Of a stretch of DNA of 64,000 bases, positions 40,626 to 49,496 are shown piece by piece. Position 1 is the stretch's first letter, and each line of letters starts with the position of its first letter. This DNA is from Chloroflexota bacterium. Its GTDB lineage: Bacteria; Chloroflexota; Dehalococcoidia; Lucifugimonadales; UBA3495. The translations under genes and the position numbers were made by a program. The stretch spans positions 69,711 to 133,710 of the forward strand of contig JAQBVF010000002.1 in the NCBI GenBank assembly GCA_027623675.1. Reading direction: 5' to 3'. Below the pieces are notes generated by a model, which saw nothing but the letters and a program-made list of their open reading frames with translations, had not been told where the DNA came from and did not search any database.

Positions 40626-40829
40626 CGGTCAGGACTGTGCGGTCGGGATCCAGCCTGGTTCGAGTTGGCAGGCGGCCCTTCGAGGGCTTGCTCCCAGTTG
40701 ATGCGGCATTGCCGTCCCGTTTACATCGCCCACCGGACTTGGTAATCTCGACTGTGGCCCGATTACCGGCCACTATCCCTTTTTTACTTAATGCGGCTGC
40801 GCCGCCCCGCCACCCCAGGAGGTACCCGT

Positions 40830-42356
40830 TTGGCCCGCAACATGCTCTATGCCGACATGGACAAGATGCTTTCTCTGTCCAAGCGCCGGGGATTCATCTT
40901 TCAAAGCTCGGAGATCTATGGGGGCCTGGGTTCCACCTGGGACTACGGCCCCTTGGGCGTGGAGCTGAAACGCAATGTCAAAGAGGCCTGGTGGCAGGCC
41001 GTGATCGCCCAGCGCGACGACATGGTGGGCCTGGACGCCGCCATCCTGATGCATCCCAAGACCTGGGTCGCCAGCGGCCACGTGGAGAACTTCTCCGACC
41101 CCTTGGTTGAATGCGGAAATTGTCGGCATCGGTTCCGACTTGACCATCTAACTTATGGCCACGCCTGGCTCGAGAACGGCGCCTCTGTAGAATTGAGTTT
41201 AGACGGAGCGTCAAATGACGACGTTGAGAAAGCGTTAAGAGAAAGAGCCGGGAGGATTGGTTCACCGATCTCAATCTCCAGGGAACTTGTAATATTGCCA
41301 GTGGTAGGTGGTTCACGAGCTGATCCAGTCACTAGCGTTCCGTGCCCGATATGCGAACAACGCGAACTGACCCCGCCGCGCCGGTTCAACCTGATGTTCA
41401 AGACCTTCATGGGGCCGGTGGAAGACACGGCCAACGAGGTGTTCCTGCGACCGGAGACGGCCCAGGGCATCTTCGTCAATTTCAAGAACGTTTTGGACTC
41501 GACCCGCAAGAAGCTGCCCTTCGGCATCGGCCAGATCGGCAAGTCATTCCGGAACGAGATCACCCCCGGCAACTTCACTTTTAGAACCAGAGAGTTCGAG
41601 CAGATGGAAGCCGAGTTCTTCGTTAAGCCGGGCGAAGACGTGGAATGGCTGGACCGGTGGGTCCAACACCGCTTCCAGTGGTACATCGGCCTGGGCATTC
41701 GGAAGGAAAACCTGCGTCTGCGCGAGCATGGTCCCGATGAACTGGCCCACTACGCCAAGGCCTGTTACGACATCGAATACCGCTTTCCCTGGGGCTGGGC
41801 CGAACTGGAGGGCATCGCCAACCGCGCCGACTTCGACCTGCGGCAACACCAAGACGCCAGCGGGCAGGACATGACCTACTTCGACGATGCGGCGGCCGAG
41901 GGCGAGGAGCCTCGCTACCTCCCCTACGTCATCGAGCCGTCGGGCGGCGTTGACCGGGCCACCTTGGCCTTCTGGCTGGACGCCTATGACGAAGAACCCG
42001 ACGGCCCGATTGAAAAGGGAGCCGTGAGGGTGGTCTCCCACATCCACCGGGACCTGGCGCCCATCACCGTGGCGGCGCTGCCCCTGAGCCGTAACGAGAA
42101 GCTGCTGCCCACCGCCCGCCGGGTCTACGACACGCTCCGCAAGCACTTCCGGACGCAGTACGACGACGCCCAGAGCATCGGCCGCCGCTACCGGCGCCAG
42201 GACGAGATCGGCACGCCCTACTGCGTGACCATCGATTTCGACACCATCGACGACGGCCAGGTGACCATCCGGGACCGGGACTCGATGCACCAGGCCAGGG
42301 TCCCCATCTCCCAGTTGGTGGACATCCTGAAAGACAAGATCGAACACGCCTGGTAG
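40830..42356 (+). CDS. glyQS: glycine--tRNA ligase (homodimeric class II GlyQS type)
   Basis: In-frame TTG at 40830 lies 7 nt after AGGAGG (ATG at 40842 or 40857 also possible). Contains KRRGFIFQSSEIYGG, FNLMFKT and FRNEITP. Confidence 0.9.
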   Translation: MARNMLYADMDKMLSLSKRRGFIFQSSEIYGGLGSTWDYGPLGVELKRNVKEAWWQAVIAQRDDMVGLDAAILMHPKTWVASGHVENFSDPLVECGNCRHRFRLDHLTYGHAWLENGASVELSLDGASNDDVEKALRERAGRIGSPISISRELVILPVVGGSRADPVTSVPCPICEQRELTPPRRFNLMFKTFMGPVEDTANEVFLRPETAQGIFVNFKNVLDSTRKKLPFGIGQIGKSFRNEITPGNFTFRTREFEQMEAEFFVKPGEDVEWLDRWVQHRFQWYIGLGIRKENLRLREHGPDELAHYAKACYDIEYRFPWGWAELEGIANRADFDLRQHQDASGQDMTYFDDAAAEGEEPRYLPYVIEPSGGVDRATLAFWLDAYDEEPDGPIEKGAVRVVSHIHRDLAPITVAALPLSRNEKLLPTARRVYDTLRKHFRTQYDDAQSIGRRYRRQDEIGTPYCVTIDFDTIDDGQVTIRDRDSMHQARVPISQLVDILKDKIEHAW

Positions 42357-42400
42357 GCGGCGAAATGGCGTTTCTTTGAACCGGCTGAAGATAATCTCTT

Positions 42401-43180
42401 ATGCCTCCTAATCTTGTCGCCGCTACCGTCCGGCAGGGGTTGTTCACCCGCATCGTGGGCCGGCGGCTGCTGTATTACCCGGAGCTTGCTTCCACCATGG
42501 ATGAGGCCGCCAAGCTGGGCGAGGGCGACGCCGATGAGGGCGCGGTGGTGGTGGCCGAGGTGCAGACCGCCGGCCGGGGTCGCCGTGGGCGCAGTTGGGT
42601 ATCCCAACCCGGCAATTTGCTCGTGTCGGTCCTGTTCCGTCCCTCTTTGGAAGTCCTGCCGTTCATCAGTATTATCGGCGGGGTCGCCGCCGCCAGGGCT
42701 GTGCGCAAAGTGACCGGACTGGAACCCAAGATCAAATGGCCCAACGACCTGCTGATCAGCGGACGCAAGGCCGCCGGCATACTGGCCGAGAGCGCGGTCG
42801 CCGGGGATACCGTATGGTATGCTGTGCTCGGTCTAGGCATGAATGTGAGCCTGGACACCAGCCAGACGGCGGAGATTTCGTCCTTCGCGGTCAGCGTCAA
42901 CGCGGCTGCCGGAAGGGAGGTCCCACGGGAAGATTTGCTTCGGCAGTTCCTGATGGACCTGGACGCCCTTTACCTGGCGCTCGGCCAAGGAGATTCACCC
43001 ATCGCTGAGTGGCAGGACCTGTTGGAAACCACCGGGCAGCGGGTGACTGCAACCTGGGCCGACGACTCGTACACCGGCTTGGCCGAAGGCACTGACGAGT
43101 TGGGTAATCTGCTGCTGCGCCAGGACGATGGCGTTCTGCTGACCCTGACCGCCGGGGACGTAACGCTGAGCGGGCGATAA
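42401..43180 (+). CDS. birA: biotin--[acetyl-CoA-carboxylase] ligase (group I, no HTH domain)
   Basis: 259 aa. Contains the GRGRRGRSW biotin-binding loop and KWPNDL. Confidence 0.85.
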   Translation: MPPNLVAATVRQGLFTRIVGRRLLYYPELASTMDEAAKLGEGDADEGAVVVAEVQTAGRGRRGRSWVSQPGNLLVSVLFRPSLEVLPFISIIGGVAAARAVRKVTGLEPKIKWPNDLLISGRKAAGILAESAVAGDTVWYAVLGLGMNVSLDTSQTAEISSFAVSVNAAAGREVPREDLLRQFLMDLDALYLALGQGDSPIAEWQDLLETTGQRVTATWADDSYTGLAEGTDELGNLLLRQDDGVLLTLTAGDVTLSGR

Positions 43181-43248
43181 TCGCCTTGGTTCCTGGCCCG
43201 GTTTTGCCGCAATCAAATCGCCGCCACAATTAGCTATCAGAGGAACAG

Positions 43249-44055
43249 ATGCTGGAATCACTTAGCCTGGATGGAACATCGGTTGTCATAACCGGCGGGG
43301 GCACCGGACTGGGCCGGGCCATGGTCCGGGACATGGCCCGCGCCGGCGCCAACCTGGTCATCGCCGGCCGCCGCACGGGTCCCATCGAAGAGGCCGCCGC
43401 CGAGGCCATCAGCCTGGGCGTGGATGCAACTTCGGTGGCAACGGATGTGACCGACTCCGCACAGGTGGCAAACCTGATGCAGACCTGCCTGGACCGCTTC
43501 GGCAAGATCGACGTCCTGCTGAATAACGCCGGGGCAGTGTCGGACAACGTCCGGAAGCCCATCTGGGAGCATACCGACGAGGAATGGGACCGCATCATGC
43601 GGGTAAACCTCACCGGCGCTTTCTACTGCGCCCGCGAGGTGTCCCAGACCATGGTGACCCAGGAACACGGCAAGATCATCAACGTGGCTTCCGGGTTCGG
43701 CCTGCGGGGCGGCCGCGAGATCTATATGTACTGCTGCAGCAAGGGCGGCATGATCCAGCTCAGCCGGGTCCTGTCATTCAATCTGGCCCGGTACGGTATC
43801 ACGGCCAACACCATAGTACCCGGCTTCGTGCCCACCGGCGCCACCGACACCATGGCCGCCAGCCTGCCGAGGGGCGGCGAATTCCTGCCCAACGGCAAGC
43901 TGGGCAAGCCCGCCGACTTTGGCCCCTTGGCCGTCTACCTGGCTTCGGCGGCGTCGGACTACATGACCGGGGAGATGTTCATCGCCGACGGCGGCGGCTT
44001 GGCTGCCGGCATCACGCCCACCGGCCACGCTCCGGTCATCGCTCTGGAAGCCTAA
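43249..44055 (+). CDS. SDR-family oxidoreductase (catalytically intact)
   Basis: 268 aa with the TGGGTGLG cofactor motif, NNAG, and the catalytic YCCSK (YxxxK). Confidence 0.8.
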   Translation: MLESLSLDGTSVVITGGGTGLGRAMVRDMARAGANLVIAGRRTGPIEEAAAEAISLGVDATSVATDVTDSAQVANLMQTCLDRFGKIDVLLNNAGAVSDNVRKPIWEHTDEEWDRIMRVNLTGAFYCAREVSQTMVTQEHGKIINVASGFGLRGGREIYMYCCSKGGMIQLSRVLSFNLARYGITANTIVPGFVPTGATDTMAASLPRGGEFLPNGKLGKPADFGPLAVYLASAASDYMTGEMFIADGGGLAAGITPTGHAPVIALEA

Positions 44056-44116
44056 CCAGCAACTTTTAGACCAAGTCTGGGGCCCAAACAACGGCCCCGG
44101 TTTCAGGAGAGAATCA

Positions 44117-44884
44117 ATGCCGGTCCTACCCGAGTACGACCTATCCGGCAAGACGGCCATCTTGGCGACCTCAGGCGGGGGTGAGGCTCCCTTCCTGGCC
44201 CAGGCCCTGGTTGAGGGCGGCGCCAGCGTGTTCGCCGTGGCCCGCACTCAGGCGCTTCTCGACGCCGTGCTTGGCTCACTGCCGGCTGGTTCCAGCGGCG
44301 CGGTGATGGACGCCAACGACCCCGGCAGCGCCAAGCAGGTCATGGAGCGGTTCGACCGGGCGTACGGCGGCCAGTCCTCCGGCAAGATTGACATACTGGT
44401 TAACGACGCCCGCAGCATGTACGCCCAGGCACTGGAGCAGATCAGCGTTGACGAGTGGGACTCCGTCCAGACCCGGAACGCCAAGGCGCCATTCCTGCTT
44501 TCCCAGCAGGTGCTGCCGCGCATGGCCAAGGCCGAGTACGGCCGGGTGGTAAACATGATCTCCGAACTGGCCGAACGGGGCATGATCAACGGCTCGGCAT
44601 TTGCCGCCAGCCAGGCCTCGGTGTTGGCCCTGACCCGTTCTTTGGCGGTTGAATGGAGCCGGTTCAACATCCGGATCAACGCCATCGGCACCGGCTGGAT
44701 CGACACCCAGGGGCAGACCCTGGAGGAGCAGCGGGAAGAATTGCTGGTCCGCTACATCCCCCTCCGGCGCAAGGGCAGCCCCGGCGACATCGGCCCCCTC
44801 CTCGTCTACCTGTGCTCCGAGTCCTGCGATTACTCCACCGGACAGCCGGTGTATGTCGATGGCGGCCTGAACGCCCACCCTTAG
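44117..44884 (+). CDS. SDR-fold protein lacking catalytic Tyr and Lys
   Basis: 255 aa. At the YxxxK position it reads FAASQ (44600-44614). The glycine motif is degenerate (TSGGGEAP). Confidence 0.75.
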   Translation: MPVLPEYDLSGKTAILATSGGGEAPFLAQALVEGGASVFAVARTQALLDAVLGSLPAGSSGAVMDANDPGSAKQVMERFDRAYGGQSSGKIDILVNDARSMYAQALEQISVDEWDSVQTRNAKAPFLLSQQVLPRMAKAEYGRVVNMISELAERGMINGSAFAASQASVLALTRSLAVEWSRFNIRINAIGTGWIDTQGQTLEEQREELLVRYIPLRRKGSPGDIGPLLVYLCSESCDYSTGQPVYVDGGLNAHP

Positions 44885-44928
44885 CCCGGTCCGGGCCTGA
44901 ACCAGCCTTTCGGGCGTCCGTTCGAATC

Positions 44929-44958
44929 TTGGATGTAACGCCTGGGCTGATGTACAAT
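44929..44958 (+). promoter_or_regulatory. sigma70-like promoter candidate for the his cluster (TTGGAT-18 nt-TACAAT)
   Basis: AT-rich hexamers stand out about 85 nt upstream of the hisZ ATG. Confidence 0.3.
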
Positions 44959-45041
44959 GATTCCAGCCCAAAGGCGTCTCCAATCTTTCGAGCCGCCCTT
45001 ATCATTTTGACCAAGTTTTCTACCTTTCCCTGCGTAAAACA

Positions 45042-46268
45042 ATGTTCCGCCAACCTACCCAATCCACCAAACCCGTCTCCCGGCTGCAGGGCATGAACGA
45101 CCTGTCTGAAGACGCTTGGCGCGGCCGGCTGGGGCTTCAAGACCGGCTCGGCCAGCTTCTCGGCAGCTACGGTTACAGCCTGTTGGAGACCCCGGTCTTG
45201 GAATCCACCGAGCTGTTTCTACGGAAGTCTGGCGGTGAGTTGGCCTCCCAGCTGTACAGTTTCATCGACGCCGGCAGCAACCACGTAAGTCTGCGTCCCG
45301 AGTTCACCTCGCCCATCATGCGGCACTATCTGGAGAACGCGGCCGGCATCGGCCTGCCAGCCCGGTGGCGGTACTGCGGCCCGGTGTTCCGGTTCGACGA
45401 GTCTCACCCCGAGGCCAGCGGACAGTTCACCCAGGTGGGCGGCGAATTGATCGGCTCATCGGACATCTCAGCCGACATTGAGCTACTGAACCTGGCCATT
45501 TCCGTGCCCGCCAAATTGGCACTGGACGGCTGGAGTCTGCGGCTGGCCGACCTGGATATCTTGGACAGTTTGCTGGACCCGTTGGGTGTTTCCGAACGGG
45601 CCAGGTCGTTCATCATCCAGAGCATGCCCCGCCTGCGGGAAGGGCACGGCGCCGTATCCAAGCTGGTGGAGGAAGGCCGCCGTCTGCATCTGGCCGGCGG
45701 CGACGGTTCCGGAGACGGTGAAGAAGCCGCTCTGCACCAGGCGGTCCAGGGATTGAACGACGACCAGGCCCGGTCCGTATTGCTGGGCCTGTTGCGATGG
45801 AACTCGGCCGACCACCTGGGGCAGCGGACCCCGGAGGACGTGGTGGAGCGTCTGCTCCGCAAGATACGGGGCGCCGACAGCGAGGACAAGCTTCGGCAGG
45901 GCTTGGAGTTGGCCAGCGACCTAGCGGTTATCAAGGGCGAACCCCAAGCGGCGCTGGAATCGGTCAACGCTGTTCTGGCATCGGCCGGCGCCAACCGGAA
46001 CGCAGCCAGTCGCTTGACGGAGATAATCGGCCTGATGGCAGACGGGCAAGATGCCAAGGGCAGGGTTGTGTTGGACTTCAGCCTGGTCCGCGGCCTGGCC
46101 TACTACAACGGCGTGATATTCGAGGTCAGCCATCCCGGTTGGCCAGGACCTTTGGGCGGCGGCGGCCGGTACGACAACCTATCTCGGGCGCTGGGCGGCA
46201 GCGACGCGGTCCCGGCCCTTGGCTTTGCCTATAACCTGGACGCCCTCATCGCCCTGGGCGCAGGCTAG
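45042..46268 (+). CDS. hisZ: ATP phosphoribosyltransferase regulatory subunit HisZ (HisRS paralogue)
   Basis: 408 aa with a HisRS-like catalytic core (LRPEFTSPIMR, GGGGRYDNL). Motif 2 is degenerate (FRFDESHPEASGQF). No anticodon-binding domain. Lies immediately upstream of hisG. Confidence 0.8.
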   Translation: MFRQPTQSTKPVSRLQGMNDLSEDAWRGRLGLQDRLGQLLGSYGYSLLETPVLESTELFLRKSGGELASQLYSFIDAGSNHVSLRPEFTSPIMRHYLENAAGIGLPARWRYCGPVFRFDESHPEASGQFTQVGGELIGSSDISADIELLNLAISVPAKLALDGWSLRLADLDILDSLLDPLGVSERARSFIIQSMPRLREGHGAVSKLVEEGRRLHLAGGDGSGDGEEAALHQAVQGLNDDQARSVLLGLLRWNSADHLGQRTPEDVVERLLRKIRGADSEDKLRQGLELASDLAVIKGEPQAALESVNAVLASAGANRNAASRLTEIIGLMADGQDAKGRVVLDFSLVRGLAYYNGVIFEVSHPGWPGPLGGGGRYDNLSRALGGSDAVPALGFAYNLDALIALGAG

Positions 46269-46277
46269 GCCAGGACC

Positions 46278-47321
46278 ATGACCATTCAAGACGAGAATAA
46301 GAACCGGAGCGATGGCCCCCTGCGCATCGTCCTGCCCAGCGACGGCGAACTGTACGACTCGACCACCGCCTTCATGCGCGCCTGCGGCCTGGCGGTATCC
46401 CGGCCCAACGCCCGGCGCTATACCGGCTCGGTCCCGGCGATACCCGGCGTTGAGGTCCTTTTCCAACGATCGGGGGACGTCACCCAAAAAGTGGAAGAAG
46501 GCAGTGCCGAACTGGGCGTAACGGGCCTGGACAGGGTGCTGGAATACCGCAACGACGAGGCACGGGCGGCGGTGTTGATTGACGACCTGCGCTACGGCCG
46601 CTGCGAGTTTGTCATGGCCGTGCCCAACTCCTGGATGGACGTGACTTCATTGTCTGACCTGGCCGACCTGGCTCTGGAATTCAGGCAGGAGGGCAAGCAA
46701 CTCCGCATCGCCACCAAGTATCCCCGGCTGCTTCGCAGCTACCTCTACGAACGGGGCATCAATTTCTTCACTCTGGTGCCGGCCAGCGGCGCCATGGAAG
46801 CAGCCCCGGCAGCGGGTTACGCCGACCTGATAGCCGACCTTACGGCCACCGGCGCCACCCTGAGAGAGAACCAGCTCAAGATGCTGGAAGAGGGCACGAT
46901 CCTCACCTCCCAGGCCTGCCTGATCGCCAATCCGGTGCTGCTGTCGGCCTCGAGAGAGATTCGAGGCATGGCCCGGTCGATCGTCGAATTGATGGAGGGT
47001 CACCTGAGGGCAGAACCCTACTACCGCGTCACCGCCAATGTGCGGGCAGGTTCGGCTGAGGAAGCCAGCGCCACGGTCCTGACCCGCCCCGACCTGGCCG
47101 GCCTGCGCGGCCCCACCGTCGCCAGGGTCTACAACGTGGAAGAACAGGACTGGTTCAACGTGAGCCTGCTGATCAAGAAGGGCAAGCTATTGGAAGCGGT
47201 TGACCACCTGAGAGGCTGCGGCGCCATCGACGTGGCCGCGTCCCAACTCAGCTACCTGTTCGACGGCCATTCCGAGGCCTACAGGTCGTTGTTCGGTGAG
47301 GAATCCGCCACCCGGAACTAA
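46278..47321 (+). CDS. hisG: ATP phosphoribosyltransferase, long form with C-terminal regulatory domain
   Basis: 347 aa. Contains LRIVLPSDGEL and DLTATGATLRENQL. The C-terminal ~90 aa (YYRVTANV...GPTVARV...WFNVSLLI...GAIDVAASQLSYLF) align by eye to the E. coli HisG C-domain pattern. Confidence 0.85.
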   Translation: MTIQDENKNRSDGPLRIVLPSDGELYDSTTAFMRACGLAVSRPNARRYTGSVPAIPGVEVLFQRSGDVTQKVEEGSAELGVTGLDRVLEYRNDEARAAVLIDDLRYGRCEFVMAVPNSWMDVTSLSDLADLALEFRQEGKQLRIATKYPRLLRSYLYERGINFFTLVPASGAMEAAPAAGYADLIADLTATGATLRENQLKMLEEGTILTSQACLIANPVLLSASREIRGMARSIVELMEGHLRAEPYYRVTANVRAGSAEEASATVLTRPDLAGLRGPTVARVYNVEEQDWFNVSLLIKKGKLLEAVDHLRGCGAIDVAASQLSYLFDGHSEAYRSLFGEESATRN

Positions 47322-47340
47322 CCCGCAGGGTCTAGAAGAA

Positions 47341-48099
47341 ATGCCAAACCTGCCGATGCACATATACCTGGCCAATCTGGCTGCAGAGGAGCTGGACCGT
47401 GGTTACTTACACGACCACCGGGGCAGCTTTTATCTGGGTTCGACTGCTCCGGACATCCGCGCCATGACCAGGAAACCCAGGGAGCTGACCCACTTCGCGC
47501 CCCTGTCGGTGGAGGAAGTCGGCACCGGGACCAGGACCATGTTCCAGATGCATCCCGAGTTGAGCGACGCGTTGACGCCGGCCTCTCAGGCGTTCTTGGC
47601 TGGCTACATCTGCCATCTGGCGGCGGACGAGATCTGGATCACCAGCGTGTTCCGGCACAATTTCGACACGTCTTTGGAAGACAGCCGCTTGACCGACGAC
47701 GAGGTGCAAGCCAACATCTGGGACCGCGCGATGCAACTGGACCTGGACCGTCAGACCCTCAGCCAGTTCGACGGGGACAATCACCCGAAACGGCTGTTAG
47801 CCTGCTCCGATCAGGACGTGTCCATGCCTTTCTTTGAAGACGGCCTTCTGGCAGAGTGGAAGGACCGGGTTGGGCGGTTCGCTGTCTGGGAGTTCAACTG
47901 GGACCGATTGAAAAGCGCCCTCAACCGGCTGTACCGTGATGACGAACAGGTGCAACAGGCCGTGGAGAAGTTCCTGGATGGGATGCCACGCAGTCTGGAA
48001 CAGGTCTACAAGAAAGTCCCCGAGGGCGAGATCTCGGCCTACCAGCAACGGGCCGTGTCCGCCACCATCGACCAAGTCCGGGAGTTTATGCCGGAGTAG
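47341..48099 (+). CDS. zinc-dependent phospholipase C / P1-nuclease-like metallophosphoesterase family protein
   Basis: 252 aa from ATG at 47341. His/Asp pattern is H7, GSTAPD, THF and GYICHLAADE, as in Zn_dep_PLPC-type proteins. Embedded between hisG and hisD. Confidence 0.5.
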   Translation: MPNLPMHIYLANLAAEELDRGYLHDHRGSFYLGSTAPDIRAMTRKPRELTHFAPLSVEEVGTGTRTMFQMHPELSDALTPASQAFLAGYICHLAADEIWITSVFRHNFDTSLEDSRLTDDEVQANIWDRAMQLDLDRQTLSQFDGDNHPKRLLACSDQDVSMPFFEDGLLAEWKDRVGRFAVWEFNWDRLKSALNRLYRDDEQVQQAVEKFLDGMPRSLEQVYKKVPEGEISAYQQRAVSATIDQVREFMPE

Positions 48100-48128
48100 A
48101 ATGGGCAACGGATATAGGGAGAATCAAC

Positions 48129-49460
48129 GTGGCGCTTAATGTGATACATGGAGTCAAGAACGCCGAGAACGTTCTGGTCCGCATCGACCCTTTGGACCTG
48201 GACTCATTACCCGAGTCAGTGCTGGCTCGGACCGAGGCCGCCTTCGGCAAAGGCGTGACCCCGCTTCAGTCGATCAACCAGATGCTGGACGACGTGCGCC
48301 GGGAGGGCGACGCCGCGGTGTTACGCTACGCCAAACTCCTAGACGGCTCGGACCTGGAAGAGTTCCGGGTGACCGAAGCCCAGATGGCCCAGGCCAGAGA
48401 TTCGATCAGCAAGGAACTTCGGGAGGCGTTGGAGATGGCCGCTGACCGGGTGCGGAGCTTCCACGAATCCACCATGCCCAAAGACTGGATCGACCGCGAA
48501 CAGGGCCTTGGCGAATTGGTCCGCCCCCTGGACCGGGTCGGCCTCTACGCCCCCGGCGGCAGCGCCGCCTACCCTTCCACCGTGCTGATGACCGCCGTGC
48601 CGGCCAGGGTGGCCGGCGTCCGTGAGGTCATCCTCTGCACACCGCCCCTCCGTGGGGAATCGCTGAATCCAGCCGTGATTGCCGCCGCCGAGATCGCCGG
48701 GGTCGACGCCCTCTATCAGGTGGGCGGAGTGCCTGCCATCGCGGCCATGGCCTACGGCACCAAGTCGATCCCCAAGGTGGACAAGATATGCGGGCCCGGC
48801 AACGTCTTCGTGGCGATGGCCAAGAAACTAGTCCAGGGCCAGGTGGCCATCGACGGCGTATTCGGCCCAACCGAGACGATCGTGCTGGCCGATGACACCG
48901 CCAACGCCTATTTCTGCGCGGCCGACCTCATAGCCCAGGCCGAACACGACCCGCTGGCCACGGCCATCATGATCACAACCAGCCAGGACCTGATCAACCG
49001 CACCGAAGCGGAGGTCGACCGGATGCTGGCCTCCCAGCCCAGAGGCGACGTGGCCAAAGCAGCTTTGGACCGTCAGGGCAGGGTTGTCTTGGTGGACTCG
49101 CTGGACGAAGCCGTTGACCTGGTGAACCGGATAGCCCCAGAGCACCTGTGCCTGCTGGTGGCGGACCCCTGGTCCTGGGTCGGCAAGATCAAGCACGCCG
49201 GCGGCCTGTTCCTTGGCGAGTTCTCGCCGGAGGTCATGGGCGACTATATCGCCGGGCCCAGCCACGTCATGCCCACCGGGGGCACCGCCAGGTTCGGTTC
49301 CGCCCTGAGCGTGCACCATTTCCTGCGCACCATGCCGGTGGTCGGTCTCAGCCCCACCGAGTTCAAAAAGCTGGGCCGGGCCGCCGTGCACATCGCCGAC
49401 GCCGAAGGACTCTCCGGGCACGCCACCGCCATCCAGGTCAGACTGGACTCGCTGAACTAA
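48129..49460 (+). CDS. hisD: histidinol dehydrogenase
   Basis: 443 aa with a GTG start. Contains GGSAAYPSTVLM, QAEHD and GDY.AGPSHV(M)PT. Confidence 0.95.
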   Translation: MALNVIHGVKNAENVLVRIDPLDLDSLPESVLARTEAAFGKGVTPLQSINQMLDDVRREGDAAVLRYAKLLDGSDLEEFRVTEAQMAQARDSISKELREALEMAADRVRSFHESTMPKDWIDREQGLGELVRPLDRVGLYAPGGSAAYPSTVLMTAVPARVAGVREVILCTPPLRGESLNPAVIAAAEIAGVDALYQVGGVPAIAAMAYGTKSIPKVDKICGPGNVFVAMAKKLVQGQVAIDGVFGPTETIVLADDTANAYFCAADLIAQAEHDPLATAIMITTSQDLINRTEAEVDRMLASQPRGDVAKAALDRQGRVVLVDSLDEAVDLVNRIAPEHLCLLVADPWSWVGKIKHAGGLFLGEFSPEVMGDYIAGPSHVMPTGGTARFGSALSVHHFLRTMPVVGLSPTEFKKLGRAAVHIADAEGLSGHATAIQVRLDSLN

Positions 49461-49496
49461 GGCGCATGCGTGCCAGCATGATCCGGCAATCCACCA

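Noticed and set aside
41140-41340. Locally AT-richer ~200-bp stretch inside glyQS, considered as a possible foreign insertion or intein-like element.
   Set aside because: It stays in frame and lies between the CxxC-type knuckles (CGNCRHRF ... CPICEQ). Dimeric GlyRS enzymes normally carry a variable insertion domain at this position, and there are no intein or endonuclease motifs.
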